NCBI RefSeq assembly: GCF_006345805.1
Contig: NC_043006.1
Span: 36,890,001-36,954,000 of the forward strand
DNA from: Octopus sinensis
Taxonomy: Eukaryota
Direction of reading: 5' to 3'
DNA: 64,000 bases
The notes under the pieces are model-generated. The model was not told the DNA's origin and ran no database searches. It saw only the letters and a list, made by a program, of their open reading frames with translations. Positions 12,362 to 24,154 of this stretch are shown piece by piece. The translations under genes were made by a program, and so were the position numbers. Each line of letters opens with the position of its first letter. The first letter of the stretch is position 1.

Positions 12362-15356
12362 AGGGGAAGAGAGAAAGAAAGAGAAAAAAGGGGTTTGATC
12401 TGCATTTAACAATAAAGCAACAAAATATAGAAGAGTTTTGCAGCAAAGGGAGATAACAGATATAACTCTCAACTTCCAAAATTTGAGATTCTCTTCTAAG
12501 TTTCAGTCAGTGGACTATAGGTGGCCATATTGAGAGGACATTGCTTCCTAGGGTATATTTGAGTACATCAACAACACTCCTTGTTTTATTAGTTTCAGAA
12601 GAATAACATGCAAAGTGGGTTTGGAGAAACTGATTACCAAAGGATTATGCTGTGTGCTTGAGAAGAAGACCCATCAAGCGAAGTCAAATTGCAGTCAAAG
12701 CAGATACCGGTGTCACACAATGGGCACCTGTGCTAGTGGCACGTAAAAGCACCCACTACACTCTTGGAGTGGTTGGCATTAGGAAGGGCATCCAGCTGTA
12801 GAAACCATGCCAAATCAGACTGGAGTCTGGTGCACTCTCTCAGCTTACCAGCCCTGGTCAAACTGTTCAACCCATGCCAGCCAGCATGGACAACGGATGT
12901 TAAATGATGATGATGACGACGATGCACAGAATGTCATCATTGCTTTAACGTCTGCTTTTCCATGCTTCAAAGGTTCACAGTTTATTGATGCCCTTCTCGT
13001 TACTAACTCTCACCTGTTTCCAAACAAGGTAATATTTTCCCAAGGTCAGAAATCTTTTTTGCAATTTGCAGAATATTGGAATTGAATGATTCTACTTGTA
13101 TGACATTGACAACCATTTTACAACTATTGCACAATGTCAAAACAAGGAAACACACACACAACAGGCTTCTCTCAGTTTCCATATTACTATTATTATTTTT
13201 ATTATTTAAAAAGGCAGTGAGCTGGCAGAATTGTTAGTACACCAGGCAAAATAATCCAGAATCCTTGTCTGGCACCGGATCTCGATCCCAAAATATAATC
13301 AGTTCATGCCAGTCTTGAGGCCAAACATCCCTGAAAGTTTCAATCGAATACATCCAGCGGTTCTTGAGATATCTTGTCCACAGACAAGCAAAGAAACCAA
13401 CAAACAAACACAACTGAAAACAATACCTCTGCCTTAGCAAGAGCGGAAGTAATAATAATAATATTTGTTTAGGGACTCAGTCAATTAGATCAACCCCAGT
13501 ATGCAACTGGTACTTAATTTATTGACCCCGAAAGGATGAAAGGCAAAGTCGACCTTTGTGGAATTTGAACCCAGAACGTAAAGATGGGTGAAATACTGCT
13601 AAGCATTTTGCCTGGTGTACTAATCTTGGGATTGCATCTAGAAAGTTCCCCTTTGAGACACAAGCCAAGCAAGGTTGTTTATGGAAGACCAGCAGTTGCC
13701 CATGCATACCAACCTCCCCTCTTTATGCCACCAATGTTATCTAAGAGAAAGGCACCAGTGATGTCACAACTCATTTCTACAGCTGAGTGAACTGGAACAA
13801 CATGAAATAAAGAATCTTGCTCAAGAATACAACAGTCTGGTCTGGGAACTGAACCCACTAGCTTGTGATTGTGAGCCCAATGCTCCAACCACTAAGCCGT
13901 GCACCTTCATATATACATATACTCACCAAAATGGTATTTTCCTGAAGGATCTCTTGAGTAATGTTATTCCTTAGTGTGTGTGTAGCTTGGAGATCAGGAG
14001 TGGGGATCTCTCCATATCGAAACACTGCTTCTTTGCTTTGAGCAGTCACAGCTCTGGCACTGTGGATATGTGGTTAGAATGTTACAGGAAAGAAGTGCAA
14101 GATGGTTGGATAAGATCTGTCATTTCGGTTGGTTGTACTTGGGGATCTAGCTGGAAAGTATAATGACGGGTTGCATCTAGGACTCTACCCCTACGACCCT
14201 CCCAGGAATAGGGAATATTTGTGTTTGCTTTTACCCTAAACCACTTGAAAACCAATGTTGGTTTGTTAATGCCCCTATTATTTAGTGGTTTGGCATGAGA
14301 GACCAATGGAATAAGTACTACATGTTAAAAAAATAAACACTGGGCTTGATTTGTTTGACTATACCCTTCAAGGCAGTGCCCCAGCATGGTCACAGCCCAA
14401 TGACTGAAACAAGTAATAGATAAAAGAAAATCAAATAATGATTGGTTAAGAATGGAACCTCAAGAAGTCAGGAAGTTGGAGAGGAACAGGAAATACATAA
14501 ACATAAAAAAAAAAAAAAACGAAAACAACAACAAAATAAAGCAGATAATACACACGTATAAGCAGATTAAAACAATGGAACAACAATGAAATTTACTACA
14601 TTTCATAATAGAAACATAAAAAAATGAGGGAGGAAGTAAATATATTTATGTATATCTATTTCCCCAAACCCTCACATTCTTTTAAAACTAAACAAATTTT
14701 GATTGTGAAATGATTTAAAATCATAAAAATTTTGACAAGGGACACAACCCATTCTATTATGTGGAGACTAACTTTAAAAATATTGCTTTCTACTATAGGT
14801 ACAAAGCTTGGGGGAGCGGGGTGGCTAGTTCATAACATTGACCTCAATTCTGAACTGGTACTTATTTTATTGACCCTGAATTTGAAAGGCAAAGTCAACC
14901 TTGATGTAATTTGAACTTGGAATGTAAAAACAGATGAAATACCTCTAAGCAATTCATATGGTATGCTAATAATTCTGCAGCTTGCCACCTTGCTAACTCC
15001 TGAAATACAGGGTGTGGCAAAAGTAAAGCCCTTTTTTGGATTTCAGTTTTCTAGTTTCTAATGGAGTTTCTTTTCTACTTCCTAAAACTTCTGCAATTTT
15101 TTTCATTAGTTTATTATTTGTTTCTTTAAGTAAGGCAATAAATTTGTGTTCAATAAAAAATTACTTAATAAACATTTATATATATATATGTAGGTGCAGG
15201 AGCGGCTGTGTGGTAAGAATGCCATACATTTCCAATGTTTTGTGTGTGAGTGTGTATGATTATGATGGTCTGTTATCACTCTAAAAAATCAAGTGAATAG
15301 AGAAAAAAAGAACACAAATAAACAAACAACCTTTTCTAGCTTGTCTAGAGACATAC

Positions 15357-15487
15357 CTGAGATATAACATCACCATTGAAGCGCCGAACTTGATATAGAT
15401 GTCGGTACCTCGATTGTTGCTGTTCTCGTTTCTGCTTTGCTCGTATTCTTTGTAGGTTCACTTTGCGGCTTCGTTTGTTCTGTAAAA
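15357..15487 (-). CDS. TMEM198: TMEM198 coding exon (LQNKRSRKVNLQRIRAKQKREQQQSRYRHLYQVRRFNGDVISQ)
   Basis: Acceptor ttttgcag|TT, donor CAG|GTATGT; 131 nt, phase 1-0; basic stretch and RRFNGDV motif as in vertebrate TMEM198 (KRFNGDVLSP); missed by the ORF track. Confidence 0.93.
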
Positions 15488-15540
15488 CTGCAAAAAGAAA
15501 AGAAAAAAAAAGGGGTAGAGAAGGCTTATAATAAATAAAA

Positions 15541-15741
15541 TACCGTATTTTGATGGCACATAAGATGCACTTGTTTTCCCAAAAACCCTGACTCCAAAAA
15601 TATTACCCTGGGTTCTGTAAGTGAAGTTGGGCCTCTCATAAGCTTTAGTGCCCCAAAAGCATTTTTTTTTTTCTGAAAATATGTTGCTGAATTTGGGGGC
15701 AGCTAATACACCTGTGCATCTTTTATGCCATCAAATATGGT
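15541..15741. mobile_element. MITE (TACCGTATTT-type ends); related copies at ~53183-53589 and partial at ~44080-44125
   Basis: TACCGTATTTTGATGGCACATAAGATGCAC / GTGCATCTTTTATGCCATCAAATATGGT inverted termini. Confidence 0.75.
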
Positions 15742-17071
15742 TTAAAAAAGTAAGATATTAGTTCATTTATTGGTGGGTTTTCTTTCAACTCTTTCTTCCT
15801 GTTAACAGCAAATCTATGGCATTTTATGCATTATTTATATTCTGAAATTTTCATTGATTTGAAGGATCAGCAAATTTACACATTTCTACAAATAGTTTCA
15901 TTTCTACATGTGTGTGTGTGTGGTGGGCATATGTAGTTTCTCTTATTCTTAGCAAATTTGCTATTAATCCTATTTCCTTTACCAAATCATAATGGAATGT
16001 GTATAAAAAAAAATTTCTTAAATCCACATTATTAACACAACTACTACTGCTCTGTATGTATCAGGTATATGAGACTCGCAGGAACAACATACTGCGATTA
16101 TTACAACAACTACTAGTATTACTACTACTACTACTGCTGCTGCCATTGATTCTCAAATGTATCATTATTATTATTCCTTGCCCAGTCAAAGAAGATAAAT
16201 GACAAAAACTGATGAAAATTTTTAATGTTCTGTTTTTGTATTTGGCTTGCAAGATACTTGACATGAGCTCATGTGTTGAAACATATTTTGTTGTATCTTG
16301 GATGGGTCACTATGCCAATGATAAACACACACACACACACTGGTTCTATTTCACTTCTTTATTTGAGAATTGGTTAGCTGTTTAATTAACTACCTTATTG
16401 ATTGTTTGATTAATTATTACAGTTAAACTATTAATCAGTTATGCTTGGAATCACTTCAGTGACATAGCCTCACATGTGAGCTTTTAAATTATGACCAACA
16501 TAACTTATTGATTGATTAACCAAACAATCAATTAATTAACTGGCTAAAAAGCATACCAACTGATGAGTTAATAAAGAAGTGAAACACAACCAGTGTGTGT
16601 TTATTATTGGCATAATGACCCTCCCAAAATGCAACAAAATATATTAAGTTCTTAATGGTAATTACTTACATTCCATTTTATGTTCTCGGTTCAAATCATG
16701 TTGAAGTCAAATTTGCCTTTCATCCTTCTGTGGTCCACAAAATAAGTAGCAGTCAAGTGCTGAGCACTGATTTAACCAACATTACCCACCACCAATATAA
16801 TATTATGGCTTTGTATCAATGTTAAAAAAAAAAATCATTATTGTAGTAGAAGTACTACTATTAGTTGTTATCCTACCAACAAACCAAAATAACAATCCCA
16901 GACCACCATTAATTTTCCTTGGACCCAGCAGTTTACTTCTGCAATTATAATAGAGTTGAAGCCTTTGCTCCCCACCTATTTTTTTTTAGTAGTTTTCTTT
17001 TGCTTCACATTGGAACTAAGGACAAATATTAACAAACTTTCTGTCCCTCCACCTCCAGCCTTTTAAAAAGC

Positions 17072-17290
17072 TATTGGGTTGGCGCATAATAATTGTGGCT
17101 TTTTTTCAACAAAAACAATAACAATATTTAACAAAAACATTCTTAAATTACAGTCTGACCGTCTGCCAAGCAAACGGGAAGCAGTAATTGAAGTAGATGG
17201 TGAATATGCTCCAGAATAATCATTTAAAGATGTTTTTGTTACATGTTGTTATTGTTTTTGTTGAATAAAATTTGTTAAAAAAACCCAATA
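17072..17290 (+). mobile_element. Mariner-derived MITE / deletion derivative
   Basis: TATTGGGTTGGCGCATAATAATTG...AACCCAATA termini, inverted sub-terminal AT-rich arms, internal transposase C-terminus remnant DRLPSKREAVIEVDGEYAPE*. Confidence 0.75.
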
Positions 17291-17604
17291 AAAGCAAAAA
17301 ATAAATCTACTAGATTTGGAATATTTCTGAATGACTTACATTCTATCATTATTATTCATATCACCTTCTAAGGTGTGGCTTATAGGTGGTGTGGTTACAA
17401 GCGTAGGTATGGTTATAGGAGCAAGTGTGACTGTGCAGTTAAAAAGTTTTCTTCCTGGCCATGTGGTTTCTGGTTCAGTCACAATGCGTAACACCTTGGA
17501 CAAGTGTCTTCTACCATAGCCTTGGGCTGACCAAAGCCTTGTGAGTGAATCTGGTAGACAGAAACTGAAAGAAACCTGCCCTACATATGTACACACACAC
17601 ACAC

Positions 17605-17637
<33 letters not shown>

Positions 17638-17991
17638 TATATATATATATTGTCGGTATAATGTTAAACTGTTGTATGTCCAAATTTGGCCAAATGTGTT
17701 TTTTTCAATATTCATTTATTTCTGCTTGCAATAGCCGGTTCTTTTCATTAAACTATCGTATCTCCAGCTGTTTCAGATACCAAGAATTGTCAAAGTGTAG
17801 TACAATGATTTCGATATGGAATGGTGAAGCTACTTTTTCGTCTAATTTGATAATATTTAATATTATATACCTCTATCATAGATACTGTCTTTCAATGTTG
17901 ATCGAGTTGCATGGAGGTGGTTCTGTCTCTTAAACCAATCTATATATATATAACCCATGCTAGCATGGAAAACGGACGTTAAACGATAATG

Positions 17992-18022
<31 letters not shown>

Positions 18023-18392
18023 AAGTATCCATGAGTTAGGTAAATTCTAAACATGAATCAGCCTAAAATTACAAGTGTGCATGAGTATGACATTAAGTTC
18101 TAAGCATTTATTCCTACACACTCTCTTAACCAGAAGTCATTTGGGTGAAAATAGTAAATTTTTATCAAAGCTACTGTTTGTGCATACGCTAAAGTGCCAC
18201 AGATGTGAGATGGGTGAATGGCAAGTCACCACACCCTGTTTGTATATCAATGAATATGAAATCAATACAGATTATATTTGTACTAAAAGCAGGCTAGAAA
18301 AGGTCATCCAAGTATAAACAAATAAAAATCAGCAGAATTATTGAATTGAACACCAAAAACTATCCCAAAACTTTAGAAAAGAAATATCCAAT

Positions 18393-18447
<55 letters not shown>

Positions 18448-20980
18448 ACACACACACACACGCGCGCGCACACAATTATTATTCATAGCAGACGGAAATT
18501 ACAGAGTATCTTGAGAGCTGAGAGTTTCATGCATTAGCGCTTACCTCTTGGCTCTTGCATTACTCTGTAACTTCCGCAAATTATTAATAATAAAAAATTA
18601 TGTTTTGAGTTCCATTTTCCTGTTTGCATCACCAAACCTCTGTGTGTGTGTGTGTATGTATATGTGTGTGTGCGTGTGTATATGTGTGTGTGTGTGTATA
18701 TATATATATTCTTTTACTTCTTTCAGTCATTAAACTGCAGCCATGCTGGAGCACCGCCTTTAGTCAAGCAAATCGACTCCAGGACCTATTCTTTGTAAGC
18801 CTAGTTTTTGCCGAACTGCTAAGTTACAGGGACGCAAACACACCAGCATCAGTTGTCAAACACACACACACACACACATTGTTAATAAAATATAGTCAAT
18901 GAGTCTACAGTATACTGAATTTTGAATAAGTGCTGTTGGTAAGGAAATGTCTCAAACCTTAAAGGTATTTAGAGATTTAAAGATTTAATAAGAGTGATTA
19001 TATATCATAAAGAGCAGGAAAAATTACATTTATGGATTACATATTGATAAGAATGGAATTATGGGACTTCTATCTATACACAGCTATTATGGATTACTAC
19101 AAAGGATTTTACCATGGGTTTATATTTTTTCTAAATTTTTAGCCCTATGCACATCTGTACCAATAACTTTTTTAAACAACTTTATCACATGTTTTTAAAT
19201 AGCATCTCCCTCATTCGATTAACTACACAGAAATTCATCCTTTTCTCTGACGTGGATAATGATTATCAATTTTGGATTTCATTTTGAAGGGCAATACAGT
19301 CATGAAACGATAAGTAGGACTGAACCAGGAACAATGTGGTTGGTAAGCAAGCTACTTACCACACAGCCACAAATGTGTCTATACATACACATATATATAC
19401 ACACACACACACTCACATATACATATAATCATCATAATCTAATGTTTGTTGTCCATGTATTGGACATTTCAACAGGAGCTGGTAAAGCCAGGGACCACAC
19501 CAGGCTCCATTACCTGTTTTGGCGTGGTTTCTACAGCTGGATGCCTATCCTAAATACCAACCACTTTACGGAATGCACTGAGTCCTTTTTACAAGGCCCC
19601 AGCATCAGTGCTTTTTAGCATTAACCCTTACTGTGCAAAAGCTGAGCATTCACAGTTCTGTGCATGAGCACTTGAGATATGGGGACCAAATTACCTCGTT
19701 TTTGATAGTGAGATACTATCTGGAACTCTCCACATTTCATATGAGATAATATGCATATTATATTTTTTTTACTGGCCAACAGAAAGAGGTTGTATATTTT
19801 TAACATGCTAAATCATGAGCCTGTTGCATGTACTTAATCAGCACAGTGAGATTTAAGGGATTTCATCCTTTGCTACTCATCCAATATGTATATATATATA
19901 TATATATATGATTGATGTTTTGGACTAATAGGTATAAGTTGATTGGTGTGTTTAAGTTTTGAGCAGAGCACTGGCACAGTTTGGGCAACCTGTTTTCATC
20001 TGCAGTGTCAGTTGGGGTAATTATATTAATTAAGTAAAGAGAAGATGGTAGTTTGCACTACTTAATATACTTTTATATACATATACACACACATACATAT
20101 ACGTGGATCAAAACTGTTTGATTCAAATCCCTTGGTACTCTCAGTTTCAAGTGTTGTGCTAATCTTTGGCCAATGGCCAATGCCCAAAGCTTAGTGCCAC
20201 ACATGAAACTCAGAGTACCAAGGAGTCTGAATCAAACTGCTTTCATCCATGCTTTTAACTTTCAATAATGTGCCCTTCGACACACACAAACACACACATA
20301 TATATAGATACTTAATTTATTGTCTGTAACCAGGTAGTGTCTGGCTTCAAATCAATATGTCTGCTGTTATACTACCATTCATCTATTTTAACCCTTTAGC
20401 ATTTAATCTAGTCATAGTTGGCCCTAAACATTCTATCTGGTTCATAATAAAATTGATGAGATCCAACCTTTCACACCTACCCTTCAATGTCATTCTAAAA
20501 ATATACAAACACATCTTTGAAATCTTGAAGCTACAAGATTATGCCTGATAAATAAGTATTGCATTTGACAGAGTAATCAGAATGCTGAAGGATTAAAAGA
20601 TACACGATACACAATAAATGGCCAGCTAGAATTCAAGGAGATAACAATTAGGTGTGGAGGTGAGGAGACAGAATGCAATAATTATATGAATAAATTAATT
20701 AAATCACCAATAAAAAAAAAAAAAATCAATATAAAAATCAGAACCACATGAGTGAGTGCAAAGGTTAAAACAAGGAACGATTAGTCAGAAATCTCCAATA
20801 TCAGTTCATGCCTTTTCAGTGTTAACAACATGCTTTTGAAGTTTGCTATTTTATATAAGATTTTAACCATCACCTTGTTACAAAGAGCACAAAAGATACT
20901 ACTTCCTACAAACAGAGCAGTGTGTGCTCCACAGCCATGCTTACAAATGACCTCCTGTTATTGTCAGAAAGAGTAAAGTT

Positions 20981-23900
20981 CTAATAATAAAAAGCACTGA
21001 CAAACGATCTTTGGTCTGTACTGGCATATGAATCCTGGCTGCAATCAGTGCCAGAAAATGACCCTTTGAGATAATTAGTTCTGGCAAATAATTCTTGATC
21101 AAAGTCAGTCCCAGCAAAAGATTTCTGGTCATAATCAGTCCCAGAATTAGACCTCTTGTCAACGTCTGTACCAGAATAAGACCCCTGCTTAACGTCTGTA
21201 CCACAATTAGACTCCTGATCAATTTCTGTACCAGAATTAGACCTGTCGTCAATGTCTGTGCCAGAGTAAGACCCATTATCAACGTCTGTGCCAGAGTAAG
21301 ACCTGTCATCAACGTCTGTGTCAGAGTAAGACCTCCGGTTAAGGTCTGTGCCAGAAATAGACCCCTGATCAACGTCGGTACCTGAATCAGACCCTTGATC
21401 AACGTCAGTACCAGAATAAGATCCTTGATCAATGTCTGTACCTGAGTAAGATCCCTGATCAACGTCTGTATCTGAGTAAGACCCCTGATCAACGTCTGTA
21501 CCAGAGTAAGAGCTCTGGTTAACATCTGTACAAGAATAAGACCCCTGGTCAATGGCACTACCAGAATAAGAACTCTGGTCAACATTTGTACCTGAATAAG
21601 ATCCCTGGTCAACGTCAGTACCAGAATAAGATCCCTGATCAACATCTGTGCCAGAATAAGATCCCTGATCAACATCTGTGCCAGAATAAGAACTCTGGTC
21701 AATAACTGAACCAGAATAAGAACTCTGGTCAACATCTGTACCAGAATAAGAACTCCGGTCAACGTCTGTACCAGAATAAGAACTCTGGTCAACGACTGAA
21801 CCAGAATAAGAACTCTGGTCAACGACTGTACCAGAATAAGAACTCTGGTCAACGTCTGTACCAGAATAAGAACTCTGGTCAACGTCTGTACCAGAATAAG
21901 ACCCCCGATCATCGTCTGTGCCAGAATAAGACCTCTGATCACCGTCTGTGCCAGAATAAGAACTCTGGTCAACGACTGTACCAGAATAAGAACTCTGGTC
22001 AACGTCTGTACCAGAATAAGAAATCTGGTCAACGTCTGTACCAGAATATGACCCCTGATCATCGTCTGAACCAGAATAAGAACTCTGGTCAACCTCTGTA
22101 TCAGAATAAGAACTCCGGTCAACGTCTGTACCAGAATAAGAACTCTGGTCAACAACTGAACCAGAATAAGAACTCTGGTCAACGACTGTACCAGAATAAG
22201 AACTCTGGTCAACGTCTGTACCAGAATAAGAACTCTGGTCAACGTCTGTACCAGAATATGACCCCCGATCATCGTCTGAACCAGAATAAGAACTCTGGTC
22301 AACCTCTGTATCAGAATAAGAACTCCGGTCAACGTCTGTACCAGAATAAGAACTCTGGTCAACAACTGAACCAGAATAAGAACTCTGGTCAACGTCTGTA
22401 CCAGAATAAGACCCCCGATCATCGTCTGTGCCAGAATAAGACCTCTGATCACCGTATGTACCAGAATAAGAACTCTGGTCAACGTTGGCACCAGAATAAG
22501 AACTCTGGTCAACGTCGGCACCAAAATAAGAACTCTGGTCAACGCCTGTATCAGAATAAGACTCCTGATCATCGTCTGTGCCAGAATAAGAACTCTGATC
22601 ACCGTCTGTACCAGAATAAGAACTCTGGTCAACGTTGGCACCAAAATAAGATCCCTGGTCAACGTATGTACCAGAATAAGACCCCTGATCATCGTTTGTG
22701 CCAGAATAAGACCTCTGATCACCGTCTGTACCAGAATAAGAAGTCTGGTCAACGTCGGCACCAGAATAAGAACTCTGGTCAACGTTGGCACCAAAATAAG
22801 ATCCCTGGTCAACGTCTGTACCAGAATAAGACCCCTGATCATCGTTTGTGCCAGAATAAGACCTCTGATCACCGTCTGTACCAGAATAAGAACTCTGGTC
22901 AACGTCGGCACCAGAATAAGAACTCTGGTCAACGTCGGCACCAAAATAAGAACTCTGGTCAACGTCTGTACCAGAATATGACCTCCGATCAACGTCTGTG
23001 CCAGAATAAGACCCCTGATCAACGTCTGTACCAGAATAAGACTTCTGATCAATGTTTGTACTAGAATAAGACCCCTGATGAACGTCTGTACCAGAATAAG
23101 ACCCCCGATCAACGTCTGTACCAGAATAAGACCCCTGATCAACGTCTGTACCAGAATAAGACTCCTGATCAACGTTTGTACCAGAATAAGAACTCTGGTC
23201 AACATGTGTACCAAAATAAGACCTTTGGTCAACGTTTGTACCAGAATAAGATCCTTCATCAACGTCAGTGCCGGAATAAGATCTCCAATCAACATTGTTG
23301 CTAGAATAAGATCTCTGATTAACGTCTGTATCAGAATAAGAACCCTGCTCAACGTCTGTACCCGAATAAGACCCCCTATCAACATTTTTACCAGTATTAG
23401 ACCTCTGGTCATAATCAGCCTTAGCACGTAACCTCTGGTCAAAGTCAATCCTCAAATTGGATTTCTTGTCAAAATCTGTCTCAAACGATTCTGCCCTACT
23501 GAGAGATCCCTGCCCACTGCCCATTACAACAAACGACATCTGGTCACCATCTGTTCCAAAAACTGATGCCTGGTCAAACTCTACTCCAGGAAAGGAGCCA
23601 TGGTTGCTTTCTGTCCCAGCAAATGAATCTTGGTTATGTCTTTTTCCAACAAGTGACTCTGAGTCAACTTCAGTGCCACCAATGGAACCTGTCACAGCAG
23701 ATGAGTCTTGATTGAAAGCTAACCTGGGAAATGAATTCATACTGAGGTGTGCTCTTGGAAAAACCTCACGAGATATATCTACTCTTACAGGTGACTCCTT
23801 TACATAGCCTGTTGCCCCAAACAAACCCTGGGTGATGCTTGCCCTTGCAAGGGATGCTTCTACCCCATTTTTTCCAACAAGTGATTTAAAAGTATTGATG

Positions 23901-24154
23901 GTTGCAGTATAAGAACCTTGTGGTGTGTATATCTTTGAGAGTGATTTGCTGTAGTATTTTTCCCATCTGAAAACCAAGGTGTCTTCGTTTGTTCTGGTAA
24001 TGAGCCAAGCTCTGTTCCTTGTTGACCAAAATGACGGAATATTCGACAACACCAAAATCCTGATCAAAAAAAGGCAGAAGTATATAATACTGAAAAGTGT
24101 CAAGCTGGCAGAATCTGTGTTGGACAAAATGCTTAGCTGCATTTCTTCTGGCAC
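20981..24154 (-). CDS. Intronic ~1000-aa ORF, Ser/Asp/Gly/Tyr/Thr-rich decapeptide repeat protein (GTDVDQSSYS)n; true 5' end uncertain (acceptor at 24059, ATGs at 24142 and 23740)
   Basis: 1057 open codons, including ~230 codons outside the homogeneous array; degenerate 10-aa periodicity persists at both ends; no frameshifting indel. Confidence 0.7.
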   Translation of the reverse strand: MPEEMQLSILSNTDSASLTLFSIIYFCLFLIRILVLSNIPSFWSTRNRAWLITRTNEDTLVFRWEKYYSKSLSKIYTPQGSYTATINTFKSLVGKNGVEASLARASITQGLFGATGYVKESPVRVDISREVFPRAHLSMNSFPRLAFNQDSSAVTGSIGGTEVDSESLVGKRHNQDSFAGTESNHGSFPGVEFDQASVFGTDGDQMSFVVMGSGQGSLSRAESFETDFDKKSNLRIDFDQRLRAKADYDQRSNTGKNVDRGSYSGTDVEQGSYSDTDVNQRSYSSNNVDWRSYSGTDVDEGSYSGTNVDQRSYFGTHVDQSSYSGTNVDQESYSGTDVDQGSYSGTDVDRGSYSGTDVHQGSYSSTNIDQKSYSGTDVDQGSYSGTDVDRRSYSGTDVDQSSYFGADVDQSSYSGADVDQSSYSGTDGDQRSYSGTNDDQGSYSGTDVDQGSYFGANVDQSSYSGADVDQTSYSGTDGDQRSYSGTNDDQGSYSGTYVDQGSYFGANVDQSSYSGTDGDQSSYSGTDDDQESYSDTGVDQSSYFGADVDQSSYSGANVDQSSYSGTYGDQRSYSGTDDDRGSYSGTDVDQSSYSGSVVDQSSYSGTDVDRSSYSDTEVDQSSYSGSDDDRGSYSGTDVDQSSYSGTDVDQSSYSGTVVDQSSYSGSVVDQSSYSGTDVDRSSYSDTEVDQSSYSGSDDDQGSYSGTDVDQISYSGTDVDQSSYSGTVVDQSSYSGTDGDQRSYSGTDDDRGSYSGTDVDQSSYSGTDVDQSSYSGTVVDQSSYSGSVVDQSSYSGTDVDRSSYSGTDVDQSSYSGSVIDQSSYSGTDVDQGSYSGTDVDQGSYSGTDVDQGSYSGTNVDQSSYSGSAIDQGSYSCTDVNQSSYSGTDVDQGSYSDTDVDQGSYSGTDIDQGSYSGTDVDQGSDSGTDVDQGSISGTDLNRRSYSDTDVDDRSYSGTDVDNGSYSGTDIDDRSNSGTEIDQESNCGTDVKQGSYSGTDVDKRSNSGTDYDQKSFAGTDFDQELFARTNYLKGSFSGTDCSQDSYASTDQRSFVSAFYY
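21051..23450. repeat. 30-bp tandem array, consensus (+) CCAGAATAAGAACTCTGGTCAACGTCTGTA, about 80 units
   Basis: Units stay in column register across consecutive 60-nt lines from ~21121 to ~23400. Confidence 0.98.

Noticed and set aside
22048-23431. Plus-strand ORFs (NKNSGQRLYQ)n and (NVCTRIRPLI)n
   Set aside because: Antisense shadows of the 30-bp array; broken by stops and not extending into flanking sequence
21051-23450. CRISPR-like appearance of regular ~30-bp units
   Set aside because: No unique spacers; contiguous homologous units in eukaryotic DNA with no cas genes
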